Positions 13,353 through 25,483 of a stretch of DNA of 64,000 bases are shown here, one piece after another. Each line of letters begins with the position of its first letter. The first letter of the stretch is position 1. The notes beneath the pieces were generated by a model that saw only the letters and a program-made list of their open reading frames with translations, did not search any database and was not told the DNA's origin. Origin of the DNA: Squalus acanthias (taxonomy: Eukaryota). The position numbers and the translations under genes are program-made. Location: assembly GCA_030390025.1 (NCBI GenBank), contig CM059432.1, forward strand, positions 53,012,001 through 53,076,000, given 5' to 3'.

Positions 13353-13889
13353 TAAGTGGTTATGTCTGAACAGCTATATGTAAAAAGATTCACAGGAGAT
13401 AGCCACATCGCATAAAGAGGAATAGAACTGAATAACAAGACAATCATTCCACAATATACTTGTAGGAAACTTTTATCTGACCAGGGCCTCTTTGGGGTAT
13501 CTCCAAAATTTCTAGATCTAGAAATCTGTTTTTCAAAATCTAGAATTGTGATTTGAGAATTTGGTGCTGAGTCATAGGCCTCAATTTTTTTACAAAGGGA
13601 CCGGAAGGGTGTGCACCAGCCTGGTAGTGGGCGGCGCACCCAGACAGGTTGAGGACATTTTTGAAACTTACCTTGGCCTCTTCTGGCCAGTCAGCTCCTC
13701 CCATCATGTTTCTGCTGCTGGGCCCCCTGTCTTAATATCATGTTGCGGCGCCGATGACAGTATCACAAGTAGGCCCCTGCCTGCTTTTAGCAAGAGCCTT
13801 GTCGGTGGCCTGAATTGGCGTCTCTGGACTCCATTGTCCCACCCTCAATAATGCCCTTTTCCGTAGGCATTCCTCATTACCTATGTTTT

Positions 13890-15440
13890 GAGAAAGACAA
13901 TGATGAAGATCAGGAGGAAGCACTGGGGGATGGACCATAGGTAAGGCACCATAGGTGCTGGCTGTCACTGACTCAGAGATACCCTCAATAGTGTATCTGT
14001 AGATCTAGGTGTGTCTATCTGAACTTGTCAAGATGCCAGTGCACTCAAGGCTGAGCATCGTACAGGAGACCATTACAAAGTTGTGTCAAGTGCTTGCGTC
14101 AGACCCAGAGCCTGCATCAACCCAAGCCATAGCACTTCCAGTCGCAATGAAAAAGACAGTCAATTTAATATCCACTGGATCGTTTCAGGCAGCATCAGGG
14201 GATGTGTCACATTAGGACGGGTGCGGTAGCATAGTGCTTATGTTACTGGAACTAGTAATCCAGAAGGCCTGGGCTAATGATCTGGAGACAATGGGTTCAA
14301 ATCCCATCACAGCAGCTGGGGAATTTAAATTCAGTTAATTAAATAAATCTGGAATAAAAAGCTAGTATGGTGACCATGAAACTACCGGACTGTCATAAAA
14401 ACCCATCTGGTTCACTAATGTCCTTTCTTTAAGAAAGGAAATCTGCAGTCCTTACCTGGTCTGACCTATATGTGACTCCAGACTCACAGCAATGTGGTTG
14501 GCTCTTAACTGCCCTCTGAAATGGGCACTAAGCCACTCAGTTGAATAAGGTGGCTCACCAACACCATCTCAAGAGCAATTAAGGATGGGAAATAAATGCT
14601 GGCCTTGCTAACAAAGCCCACATCCTGTGAATGAATATAAAAAAAAATCACAATCCACCATTCAATAAAGCAGATTACATATACCCTGTGGGGTAGCAGT
14701 CCAGTTCATCTCCTTTCCAATGGACATTTCAATCAGCAGGAAAGAGTGATACAGCAGGCCACTGAGGGGAAATATATCACTATATTACATAGAATTACAT
14801 ATAATTCTATATGTCCACCCTTGCAATATCTAGTGAACTATGTGAACAAAAAAGAGCATCACTTCTTTAATTTAATTCACTTCATAATTCTCATATGCAG
14901 TGCCAGGGATATCATTTTGTATTTGAATGCCTACTACCCAGGAAGTTGTCATGATTTCTTCATCTTAAGACGATCAAGAATCCCAGCACTGTTCACTGGC
15001 TCAGGCCAGGAAAACCTTTTGACTGATCAGGGACAAAGACTACCCTTACATCAGTGGCTCATGACCCACTGCGAAACCCCAGAACACCGCAAAAAATAAG
15101 ATATAATGAGGTGTAGTATACCACAAAGATAGTGGTGGAGCAGACCATTTGCATGCTAAAGGTTTAATTTAGGTGTTCTGATTAATTAGGGGGCACCCAC
15201 CAGTATAATCCTACCAGGGTCTCCAGGATCATTTTGGACGGCTGCATGCTTCAGAATTTAGATATCAGAAAATACTTAATCTAAAAGACCTGGAGAAAAA
15301 AGTAACAAGGGTGACCCAGACCAGCTGGATCTGTAGCTTTACAAGACCCAACAAGAGGAAGACACAGACCAGGAGGATGAACCATTGCAGCTGCAAGCCA
15401 GATAAGAGACCTACTAATAAGAGACAACTTCAGATAAAAA
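13890..15440 (+). pseudogene. Decayed PIF/Harbinger (HARBI1-like, DDE_Tnp_4) transposase, interrupted by a SINE
   Basis: Collinear motifs across frameshifts: RLS..QETITKLCQVL, ALPVA..TV...TGSFQAASGD, YVNKK, YPGSCHD..ILR.S, D.DYP...WLMT, RYNE...T..VVEQT...LK..FRC, QYNPTRVSRII...CMLQN, then an acidic tail. Confidence 0.85.
14215..14647 (+). mobile_element. Full-length tRNA-headed Deu-domain SINE (SacSINE1/AmnSINE-like)
   Basis: A-box-like tagcatagtg and B-box ggttcaaatcc. Core tttagggaaggaaatctgc..ccttacctggtctg.cctatatgtgactccagac. LINE-type tail and poly-A. Confidence 0.85.
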
Positions 15441-16006
15441 TGGATCCCTACCCACTGGATTCTAGTTATTCCATCAGTTTCACACAATGCAACTGCCTCC
15501 CCTCAATAAAGCAATCAGATGAGGTTCTCCTTCAAGCCCCTCTATATGGCATTCCACAATATCAGCATAACCATGCCATTCGATTTAAAAAAAAATTCCC
15601 AAAGATCGTCCAAAGTGACAAAAAGGTGTTTTTCTCTTTCCTGCAACTCCATGTTTGAACCTTTCCATTCAGGTTTCTGCCCCTGCCACAGTACTAAAAC
15701 AGCCTAATCAAAGTCACAAAGGACATCCTTTGTGACTGTGACCACGGCACATGATCCCTCCTCATCCTTCTCGACCTGTCTGCAGCCTTTAACATGGTTG
15801 ACCACACCATCCTCCTCCGTTGTGCAGCTGGGTGGGACTGCTCTCACCTGGTTCCATTCTTATCCATCCGGTCATGGCCAGGTCCTGCAATGGCTTCTCT
15901 TCCTGCTCCTGCACCCTTACCTCTGGAGTTCCCCAAGGACCTATCCTTGGCCCACTCCTATATCTCATTTACATACTGTCCCTTGGCGACATCATCCAAA
16001 CACATA

Positions 16007-16899
16007 GGGGTAGAAATTAGGTCGCGCCCCATTTGGGGCGCAAATATCGTCCGGACGCAAATATTAGCGCCTGGCGCTAATTATCGGCACTGACAGGAAA
16101 CTTCACTTTTACCGCCCCGGGAGGTGAGTGGAGCGCTAAAGCAGGCGCTGCACACCTCTCTTAAGGCGCAAAGGCCGAGCAGTGAGGCGCTAACTCGGAG
16201 CGCTGGCGAAGCTCATGTAATGTCAGTCAGCAATGGAACACACACACAATGGCACGGGCCAGTTCTTAAAGGGGATGGTTAATCTTGCTTTCCATCCACA
16301 TCCTGTTCATTGCTGCCTTGAATCTCGGCCTGGAGAGACTTGCACATCAAATGTGCTGGAAAGAACAATGGAAAGTACCAGGCAAAGAGCTCAGAGTGCA
16401 GCTCCCACAGTCTCTGCTAAATCGATACAAGGAATGGCAAATCAAAATGAACCTGCAAAGTGCTGCTCAGTACCCAAAACTCCTTCACACAACGTTGAAT
16501 CTCTCCAGAAGTCTCTCCCTCTCTCTCTCAGAATGCGTAGTTCAAAAATGCCACCAACAATAAAAGACAGGAAGAGGCCCCCTTTAAATAGCGCCCCCCC
16601 CAGCCCCACAGCAATTGATAGCGTTCCAGTCTTCTGGTCGTTGGAAGCGCCAGGCGGTAAGGCAGGGGGCGCCACTCAATTTCCGCTACGGGGCGCCACA
16701 AGGGCGTTGCACCATGGAATGACGTCACAATCTGCGCGCGCAGGTGGTCGCAGTGGTAAGTTTTAGCGCCGCCGCACAATCTCAAGTTAAGTTCTCGAGC
16801 GGCGCAAACATCGCTGCGCCCGCGCGTTAGCGGCTTTGCGCCCCATTAGCGCCCTCTTAAGGCGCTAACGGGAGGCGCAACCAAGTGAATTTTTACCCC
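16007..16899. mobile_element. Non-autonomous Harbinger-type element
   Basis: TIRs ggggtagaaatt / aatttttacccc. Exact ATA TSD. Splits the L2 RT frame (DIIQTH|SVRFQMYADD). Confidence 0.9.
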
Positions 16900-18349
16900 A
16901 TAGCGTCAGGTTCCAGATGTACGCTGATGACACCCAGCTCCACCGTACCACTTACCACCATCTCTGTTGATCCTTCCACAGCCTCTGTTATGTCACACTG
17001 CTGTGTGACATCCAGTACTGGATGTGCAGAAATTTCCTACAATTAAAAATTAGGAAGACGAAAGTTATTGTTTTCAGCCTCTACCACTTACTCCATTTCC
17101 TAGCCATTGATTCCAAACCCCTCCTTGGCCACTGTCTGAGGCTGAACCAGACTATTTGCATCCTCAGCAACCTATTCGACCCTGAGCTGAGCTTCCGACC
17201 CCATATTCTCTCCATCATCAAGACCACAACCACCTCTGTAATATCGCCTATCTCCGCCCCTGCCTCAGCCTATCTGCTACTGAAACCCTCATCAATTCTT
17301 TTGTTACCTCCAGACTTGACTATTCCAATGGACTCCCATTGTCCACCCTCCGTAAACTTGAGTCCATCGAAAACTCTGTTGCCCATATATAATTTGCACC
17401 AAATCTCATTCACCCATCACCCCTGTGCTCTCTGACCTATATTGGCTCCCGGTCCAGCAATGCCTTCAATGTAAAATTCTCATTCTTGCACCCAAATACC
17501 TCCATAGCCTCAGTCCTCCCTATCTCTGTAACCTCCGCTAGCCCTACAATCCTCCGAGATCTCTACGCGCCTCCAATTTTGGCCTCTTGTGCATCCCCGA
17601 TTTCCATCGCCCCGCCATTGTCGGCCGTGCCTTCAGCTGCCTAGGCCCTAAGCTCTGGAATTTCGTCCGTAAACCTCTCTGGCTCTCCACCTCTCTCTCC
17701 TCCTTTAAGATGCTTCTTAAAACCTACCTTTTTGACCAAGCTTTTGGTCACCTCTCCTAATGTCTCCTTAATAAAAACAGAATATGCTGGAAACATTCAG
17801 GAGGTCAGGCAGCATCTGTGGAGAGAGAAACAGGTTATCGACCTGAAATGTTAACTGTTTCTCTCTCCACAGATGCTGCCTTATGTAAACATAAGAACAT
17901 AAGAAATAGGAGCAGCAGTAGGCCTTTTGGCCCTTCGAGCCTGCTCCGCCATTCAATGAGATCGTGGCTGATCTTCTGCCTCAACTCCATTTACCGGCTC
18001 TATCGCCATATCCCTTGATGCCTTTACTAGTCAGAAATCTATCAACTTCTGTTTTGAATATACCCAATGACTGAGCCTCCACAGCCCTTTGGGGTAGAGA
18101 ATTCCAAAGATTCACCACCCTGCGTGTGAAGAAATTTCTTCTCATCTCAGTCCTAAATGGCCTACCCTTTATCCTGAGGCTGTGGCCCCTGGTTCTAGAC
18201 TCCCCAGCCAAGGGAAACATTCTCCCAGCATCCACCCTATCAAGCCCTGTAATAATTTTGTATGCTTCAATGAGATCCCCTCTCATTCTTCTGAATTCAA
18301 GAGAATACAGGCCTAGTTTACTCAATCTCTTCTCATACGACAATCCTGC

Positions 18350-20233
18350 TGTAAGGGGTTTTCCCCGATACTGGTCCCCCGTTACACACAGTTCTTGGAC
18401 GTCAGAATTTATAAGAACAAAATACACACGGCTCAACCTTTGATTCGTTCATTTATTGAACACACACACACACAATTACTTCCCTAGTATAAATCCCTAC
18501 GAGTTATATCAGGCTAACAACCTCAAAATACAAACCCCTACGCAAGGGACATTTGCATCGACACAATATGACACAGTTAAACCCGTCCGTGATTTGACTG
18601 TTACATATAAAGTTACCCAGACTCAATCACAAAACCCTTATTGTGATCTGACTGAAACTCACAAACTTACTCACTCAATCATAAAAACCCCCTCTATGAT
18701 TTGGCTGAAACATACAATCACCACTCCCTATCGGCTGTCTCTTGGAGTTGATTGTAGGCCTGAATCTTTCTGTTCGCTGTTCTGCCGTCGGCTTCCCACA
18801 CACTGTCTTCGAAGTGCTCTTACTTTAAACCAAAACCAACTTTCCATATTTCCTGGCCCCCTCTGAGCATGCGATGGCCATATCAAAATGTGTGAATTGT
18901 CTCTAGCAGAGAACTCTTGATGGCTAATGTCCCTCGTATTGTTCATTGATTAGAGATTCCTTTCTGACAATGCAACCTTCCCAAAGTGACTGCATATGCG
19001 AGGTTGTTTGTTTCTGTTAGCATTCAAATTCAAAAGGTTCGAGGCCCGGCCCATTGTTTAGGCCTGCACTGTTACTGGTTATTCGGGGGCCATGGTCTAA
19101 GGTGGACAAAGCTGGGTGGGAGTGTGTGCCGTGAGGAGGATGCCGAGAAACTCCAGTATGATTTGGACAGGTTGGGTGACTGGGCAGAAGCATGGCAGAT
19201 GCAGTATAATGTGGATAAATGCGAGGTTATCCACTTTGGTGTCAAAAACAGGAAGGCAGATTATTATCTGAATGGCAATAGATTGGGAGAAGGGGAAGTG
19301 CAACTAGACCTGGGTGTCCTTGTGCACCAGTCGCTGAAGGTAAGCACGCAGGTGCAGCAGGCGGTTAAGAAGGCAAATGGTATGTTGGCCTTCGTAGCGA
19401 AAGGGTTCGAGTACAGGAACAAGGATGTCTTGCTGCAGTTGTACAGGGCCTTGGTGAGACCACATCTTGAGTATTGTGTGCAGTTTTGGTCGCCTTATCT
19501 GAGGAAGGATGTCCTTGCCATGGAGGGAGTGCAGCGAAGATTCACCAGGTTGATACCTGGGATGGCAGGAATGACGTATGAGGAGAGATTGGGTCGATTG
19601 GACTTATACTCGCTGGAGTTTAGAAGAATGAGAGGGGATCTCATTGAAACTTATAAAATTCTAACAGGACTAGACAGACTAGATGCAGGAAGGATGATCC
19701 CGATGGCCGGGGAGTCCAGAACCAGGGGTCACAGTCTAAGGATAAGGGGTAAGCCATTTAGGACTGAGATGAGGAGGAATTTCTTCACCCAGAGAGTGGT
19801 GAACCTGTGGAATTCTCTACCACAGAAGGCAGTAGAGGCCAATTCATTAAATATATTCAAGAAGGAGTTAGATATATTTCTTAAAGCTAAAGGGATCAAG
19901 GGATATGGAGAGAAGGCAGGGACAGGGTACTGAATTTGGATGATCAGCCATGATCTCATTAAATGGCGGAGCAGGCTCGAGGGGCTGAATGGCCTACTCC
20001 TGCTCTTATCTTCTATGTTTCTATGTTCCTATGACAATGTAACCCCTTAAGATACATGAATATGCGAATGTTCTTGTATCTTCCCTGGACAGAAAACCTT
20101 TGTATGTCAATTCGGCCGCAATGTCTGAATTAACCCTTCATTGCCCAGTTCTTTTTGCGGGCTGTGTACTTCTGGTTTTTATATTTCATAGTCCAATATT
20201 TTTATCGTTGGGGGGGGAGGAATTGATCCTACA
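18350..20233 (-). mobile_element. Solo LTR, itself interrupted by a CR1
   Basis: Termini TGTAAGGGG...CCTACA. 4-bp TSD ctgc/ccgc. Minus-strand AATAAA (tttatt ~18452). Confidence 0.8.
19105..20033 (+). mobile_element. CR1 LINE 3' part, low-divergence subfamily
   Basis: Open RT C-terminus ending GYGEKAGTGY. Tail ctatgtttctatg. Confidence 0.95.
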
Positions 20234-21174
20234 CCGCAATCCCAGGAATCAATCTCGTGAACCTTCGTTGCACTCCCTCTGTGGCAAGTATATCTTTCCT
20301 TAGGTAAGGAGACCAAAATTGTACACAGTACTCCAGGTGTGGTCTCACCAAGGCCCTATATAATTGGAGTAAGATTTCTTTACTCCTGTACTCAAATCCA
20401 CTTGTAATGAAGGCCAGCATACCATTTGCCTTCCTAATGGCTTGCTGCACCTGCACATTCACTTTCAGTGATTCATGTACAAGGACACCCAGGGCCCTTT
20501 GAGCATCTGCATTCCCCAATCTTTCACCATTTAGGAAATACTCTGCCTTGTTTTTTCCACCAAAGTGGATAACTTCACATTTATCCACATTATATTCCAT
20601 CTGCCATGTTCTCGCCCATTCACTGAGCCTGTCGAGATACCCTTGAAGCCTCTTCACAACTGACGCTGCCACCTTGCAGTACCCCACTAGTCACAGCCTG
20701 CCATCCTGAAAAAGACCCATTTATCCCTACTCTTTGTTTTCTGTCTGTTAACCAATTCTCAATCCATGCTCGTATATATTACTCCCAATTTTGCTGAGTG
20801 TTTCCAGTATTATATGTTGTTTTTTCAGATTTACAGCATTCGCAGTAATTTGCTTTTGTTCTAATATCTCCTTATGTGGCTTGGTGTCAAATTTTGCCTG
20901 ATAACACTTCCGTGAAGCGCCTTGGGATGTTTTACTACATTAAAGGCACTATATAAATACAAATACCTGAGCCTGATACTTCAGATTAAAGTAAAACATC
21001 ACACTTTTTCCTGTTTAATTAATTTAGTTTCAATTACTTACATATGAAACCAAGTTAAGCAATCAGATGTTAACATCTTTTTATTATAAATAAGTTTTAT
21101 TTTAATTCTGAGGTTTATGTTTATAACAAACAATGAAGCACAAAACCAGTGCAAGAGCTCATTCTGAGAATTCA

Positions 21175-21580
21175 TTTTTTTTTATTTGTTTATGGGATGT
21201 GGGCGTCGCTAGCAAGGCCAGCATTTATTGCCCATCCCTAATTGCCCTTGAGAAGGTGGTGGTGAGCCACCTTCTTGAACCACTGCAGTCCGTGTGGTGA
21301 TGGTACTCCCACAGTGCTGTTAGGTAGGGAGTTCCAGGATTTTGACCCAGCAATGATGAAGGATCGATGATAAACTTCTAAGTCAGGATGGTGTGTGACT
21401 TGGAGGGGAACTTGGAGGTGGTGGTGTTCTCATGCGCCTGCTGTCCTTGTCCTTCTGGGTGGAAGAGGTTGCAGGTTTGGGAGGTGCTGCCGAAGAAGCC
21501 TTGGCGAGTTGCTGCAGTGCCTCTTGTAGACGGTACACACTGCAGCCACGGTACGCCGGTGGTGGAGAGTGTGAATATTT
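21175..21580 (-). mobile_element. 3' fragment of the 3405-6594 LINE family
   Basis: Reverse complement of the same tail (LHHRRTVAAVCT...). Confidence 0.9.
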
Positions 21581-21902
21581 AATAATACTTTTATGTGTAA
21601 ATAATTTGAAAGAACATTAATGTTTGAACATGTCAGGTTTTTCATTAGCTTTCCGTGAATTGTTATTACTGTGAATTTGTTAATTGTGAAGGCTAAAGTC
21701 TAATGCCGCAATTAGTATTAAAATCAAGATTGCTATGGCCACAACTGAGAGCATGAATTATTATACAATTGTGGAAACAGTTCTGCTTCTTCGAACGAGA
21801 ACAGGGCAGAGGAAAATTGTGCCATACTTGTGCATCATAACATTTGTTTTGCTTTCAACTAACTGTTTTGGTAAATGTTTTACATCCAAGTCAAATGCCA
21901 TC

Positions 21903-21968
21903 AGTCTCTGGAATAGGGCTTGAACCCATGATTTTCTGACTGAGAGGTGAGAGTGCTACCACTGAGCC
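21903..21968 (-). mobile_element. tRNA-derived SINE head fragment. A related fragment lies at ~57860-57980.
   Basis: Reverse complement ggctcagtggtagcactctc...gggttcaagccc contains A- and B-box-like sequences. Confidence 0.6.
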
Positions 21969-22528
21969 TAGGCAGACATGGCTGCATATACTGACACCAC
22001 TATTCCTGGCCAGAATAGAGATATTTGAGTAATTCCCCCATCAAGCACGTCTGCTGTAAGTGACTGTGATTGATTTTATGCACATAATTTGTGATATGTA
22101 ACTATCCTCCACTCACTGCATTTTGCTGGAGAAATCACCTTGTTTTTATTGGGAGATGGTTCATGAGTTCTGGTTGTGTTCATGAGTTTTGTTCATGAGT
22201 TCTGTTTGCAGCTGTTCCTAGAGACTCTTTTTAAATAGGCTCTGTAAATAGACTTTGAAAGCTTTATTGTTTGCTGAGTACATAAACTTTGTTTGAAGTA
22301 AAATGGACTGTTTGCCTGTAAGTCCCATCGCGCCTTCAACTCGTTGGCTGACACAATGCAACACATTGGCTGACACAGTGGTGTCAATAGACACTCTGGG
22401 CAGACACTTAGATTCCAATAAACATATCCACATCAATGGGCTGTGGCAACTGCTCACAAAACCCCAGAACTTACTCTTCTGGCAGTTCTGACTCGTTTTC
22501 CAGAGGTTTTCACAGAGACCCACTCACA

Positions 22529-25208
22529 GGCCAAGATTTTCCGGGTGGTCAGCGGGCACGATCGGTGGCGGGTCGGGTGGGAAAGTGTTTTTTTTCCCCC
22601 AACCCCGCTGTGAAGCTGTCGCCACACGCCTTTCCCCGACATCGGGTCTGTCAGCGCTGAGCAGACCCGACACGCAGCGGAAAGGGACCCAATTCAGGTA
22701 ATTATGACCTTGTTTAGAGATCATTAAGAATACATTTGAGCTCATCTTTTGATTTTACGTGCTCACCCACGGGTCCTCGCTGCTCGGGAATCATGTCTGT
22801 TAAGCTGAGGCGGGAGATGAATGGCCATCTGATTACTTGACAGCTGCAAATGTGCTATAAAAGCTCCCACCTCACAGCTGTTCACTTTCCAAGCTCAGAA
22901 GCTGTTGCTCACTGCATTTGGAAGACAGATCGAGCTTTATGCAGGTTGCAAGTGTTTGGAGCAAACTCGCTACCAGTGTCACCTCATTGGAACAACCTCT
23001 CTCACCATTGACAGATCACTTCTGTCATCTCAAGTTCATCTGCCATCTATTCCATCAGCATGGGTACGGTTTATAGTCTCTCACCTTGGTCCTCAGAATC
23101 TGACCACGATCAGCAGCACCAAGCACACCAGCAGCACTAACCTTCTCCGCAATCAACTGATGTTGCACAGGACACAGGGCCTCAGCACCTGACCACATTG
23201 CTGCCCGGGAGGCCAGATTTACTTCATTTGATGCTGTACACCCTGGCTGCCACATGATGCGCCAAGTTGGTACCACCCCACACCAACATCATAAAGCATC
23301 CCTACATTGACCAAGCCATTCCTTTCACACTCATCACAAATGCAGGGGGTACCGTTATGTCTCACTATTCACTGCAACTCACTAAGCCACTTCCAAAGGT
23401 GCACACAAATCTGTCCAAGAACGCAAAGTGTTGAAAATAAAGGTTTCAATGTTTGACACATTAACAGAAACTTTACATGAACATTGCATAAAACACCCAA
23501 GTGCCTACCCTTGTGATTGGACTAGGATGAGGGTGAGTGTGAGGGGTGGCTAGTGAGATGGGGAAGTGATAATGTAGATAGAGAGGGATGGGTGGAGGTC
23601 CAGGGTAAGTTGGTGTGAATAAGGATGTGCAGGAGTAGGGTAGGGAAGGCAGAGTCATAGAGTCATACGGCACAGAAGGGGGCCATTCGGCCCATCAAGT
23701 CCATGCCGGCTCTCAGTAGAGCAATCCAGTCAGTCCCATTCCCCCGCTCTATCCCCATAGCCCTGCATGTTTATTTCCCTCAAGTGCCTATCTTGTCTCC
23801 CCTTGAAAATATTGAGTGTCTCCGCTTTATAAAGGTTCAGCATAACTTCTCTACTTTTGTACTCAATACCTCTATTTATGAAGCCCACGATCCCATATGC
23901 TTTGCTAACCACTCTCTCAATATGTCCTGCCACCTTCAGGGACCTATGCACATTAACTCCCAGGTCCCTCTGTCCCTGCACACTCTTTAAATCTGTGCCA
24001 TTAAGTGTATATTGCCTCTCCCTGTTCCTTCTGCCAAAATGCATCACCTCACACTTCTCTGTATAAAATTCCATCTGCCACTTGTCTGCCCATTCTGCTA
24101 GCCTTTCTATGTCCTGTTGCAGTCGATTGGTATCATCCTCACTGTTTGCCACACCCCCAAGTTTGGTGTCATCGGCAAATTTAGAAATTCTACTCTGCAT
24201 TCCAATATCCAGGTCATTTACATATATCAAAAAAAGCAGTGGCACCAGCACTGACCCTCGGAACACCACTGTCTACCATCCTCCAGTCTGAAAAACAGCC
24301 ATTTACCACAACTCGCTATTTTCTGTCCTTAAGCCAATTCCTTATCCAAGCTGCCACTGACCCACCTATTCCATGAGCCTCAATTTTGTTAACCAGCCTT
24401 CTATGTGGTTCTTTGTCATACATCTTCCGAAAATCCATGTAGACAACATCCATTGCATTCCCTTCATCAATCCTCCCTGTTACTTCATCAAAAAATTCAA
24501 TTAGATTAGTCAAATACGATCTGCCTTTTACAAATCCGTGTTGGCTCTCCTTAATTAGCTTAAACCTCTCCACGTGCCCGTTAATTTTTCCTTGATTATT
24601 GTTTCTAAAACTTTACCCACCACTGATGTTAAAGTGATGGGGATGTGATGAGAGGCACAGCAAGATGAGGTTGAGTGTGGTTTTGTACTAACGTTTCATG
24701 ATCTACTGAGATAATTGAAACATTTGTAGCACTGCACCCAGGTCCTCCTGACCAGATCCCTGCTTGTGCCCTCCTCTGCAGTGTGCAACCAGGCTGCGTT
24801 GCTGTCCTGGGGAGGTCTCTTCCACCCATGGGAAGGGAAGAGGACCTCCCTGCGTGCTGTGATTCCCTCCATAAGCATATGAAGGGAGTCATGGGAGAGC
24901 CTGGGTGCAGCCCTGTGCCTTTGTGCAGTCATTGTCAGTGTTTGCAGCATCTCAATGCTGTAGAACACTGACAACACAAATGTCAAAATAAATTTCGAGA
25001 TGGTCCCTTTAAGGAAATCGGCTGATGACGCGTCATCAAATGACGTCACCAGACCCGCTTCCTCGAATTGGCCGGGAAACGCGCTGGACTTAACAGGCCC
25101 CATCAAGGTAAATTCATTTCAGACAGTGGGATGGAGCCAGCAGCAGGGTCAGGACCCGCCACCAACGTCGCCTGCCACAGACCCGCTGAGGTCAGCAAAA
25201 TCGCAGCC
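22529..25208 (-). mobile_element. Non-autonomous Harbinger element (copy A) with a Myb/SANT exon on the minus strand. A CR1 is inserted at ~23655-24628.
   Basis: TIRs ggccaagatttt / aaaatcgcagcc. ACA TSD. Peptide APRLSHDSLHMLMEG..ARREVLFP...AW..AEE..SR...RTWVQC.K.FN.L. Confidence 0.85.
23655..24628 (-). mobile_element. CR1 LINE fragment, internally deleted
   Basis: SQHGFVKGRS, KFADDTKLGG and a CR1 tail. Confidence 0.9.
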
Positions 25209-25483
25209 ACAGTATCAGAGCCACAAATACAGTCCCAGTGAGTCTACTATAGGGGGCAGACTCCAAACATTTATACACAACAGGAACTAATCACATCAGA
25301 CTTTTTGGTACTGGAAACAATGAAGGACAGTTATTCACTATACTTCCTCTCCCCATTCCCTCATTTTCAGGGTATTAATACATCTGACCACTCCAGAGAC
25401 CCTGTGATGACAGTAACTGTCTAGAGAAATATCTCATCTTCTATCTATCAGGGCAATCAAGTAACTCTCTCCCAAAAACAATG

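Larger units (their letters stand above)
17889..20790 (-). mobile_element. CR1 LINE 3' part (17889-18349 plus 20234-20790), split by a solo LTR
   Basis: RT C-terminal frame continues across the LTR (LIPGIA|GLSYEKRL). Same subfamily as 11518-13352. Confidence 0.9.
17770..20860. mobile_element. Second palindromic Penelope-like family (17770-17880 plus 20790-20860), split by a CR1
   Basis: Inverted arms ggcagcatctgtggagagagaaacag / ctgtttctctctccacagatgctgcc. ~14-bp TSD ctaatRtctcctta (17757 / 20861). Confidence 0.65.
15655..20965 (+). mobile_element. L2-type LINE 3' half (15655-17769 plus 20861-20965) hosting several nested insertions
   Basis: [34 protein letters not shown]2-type tail gtgaagcgccttggga...ctatataaatac. 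Confidence 0.8.

Noticed and set aside
14215..14320. tRNA gene
   Set aside because: The A/B boxes belong to a SINE head and no cloverleaf is evident.
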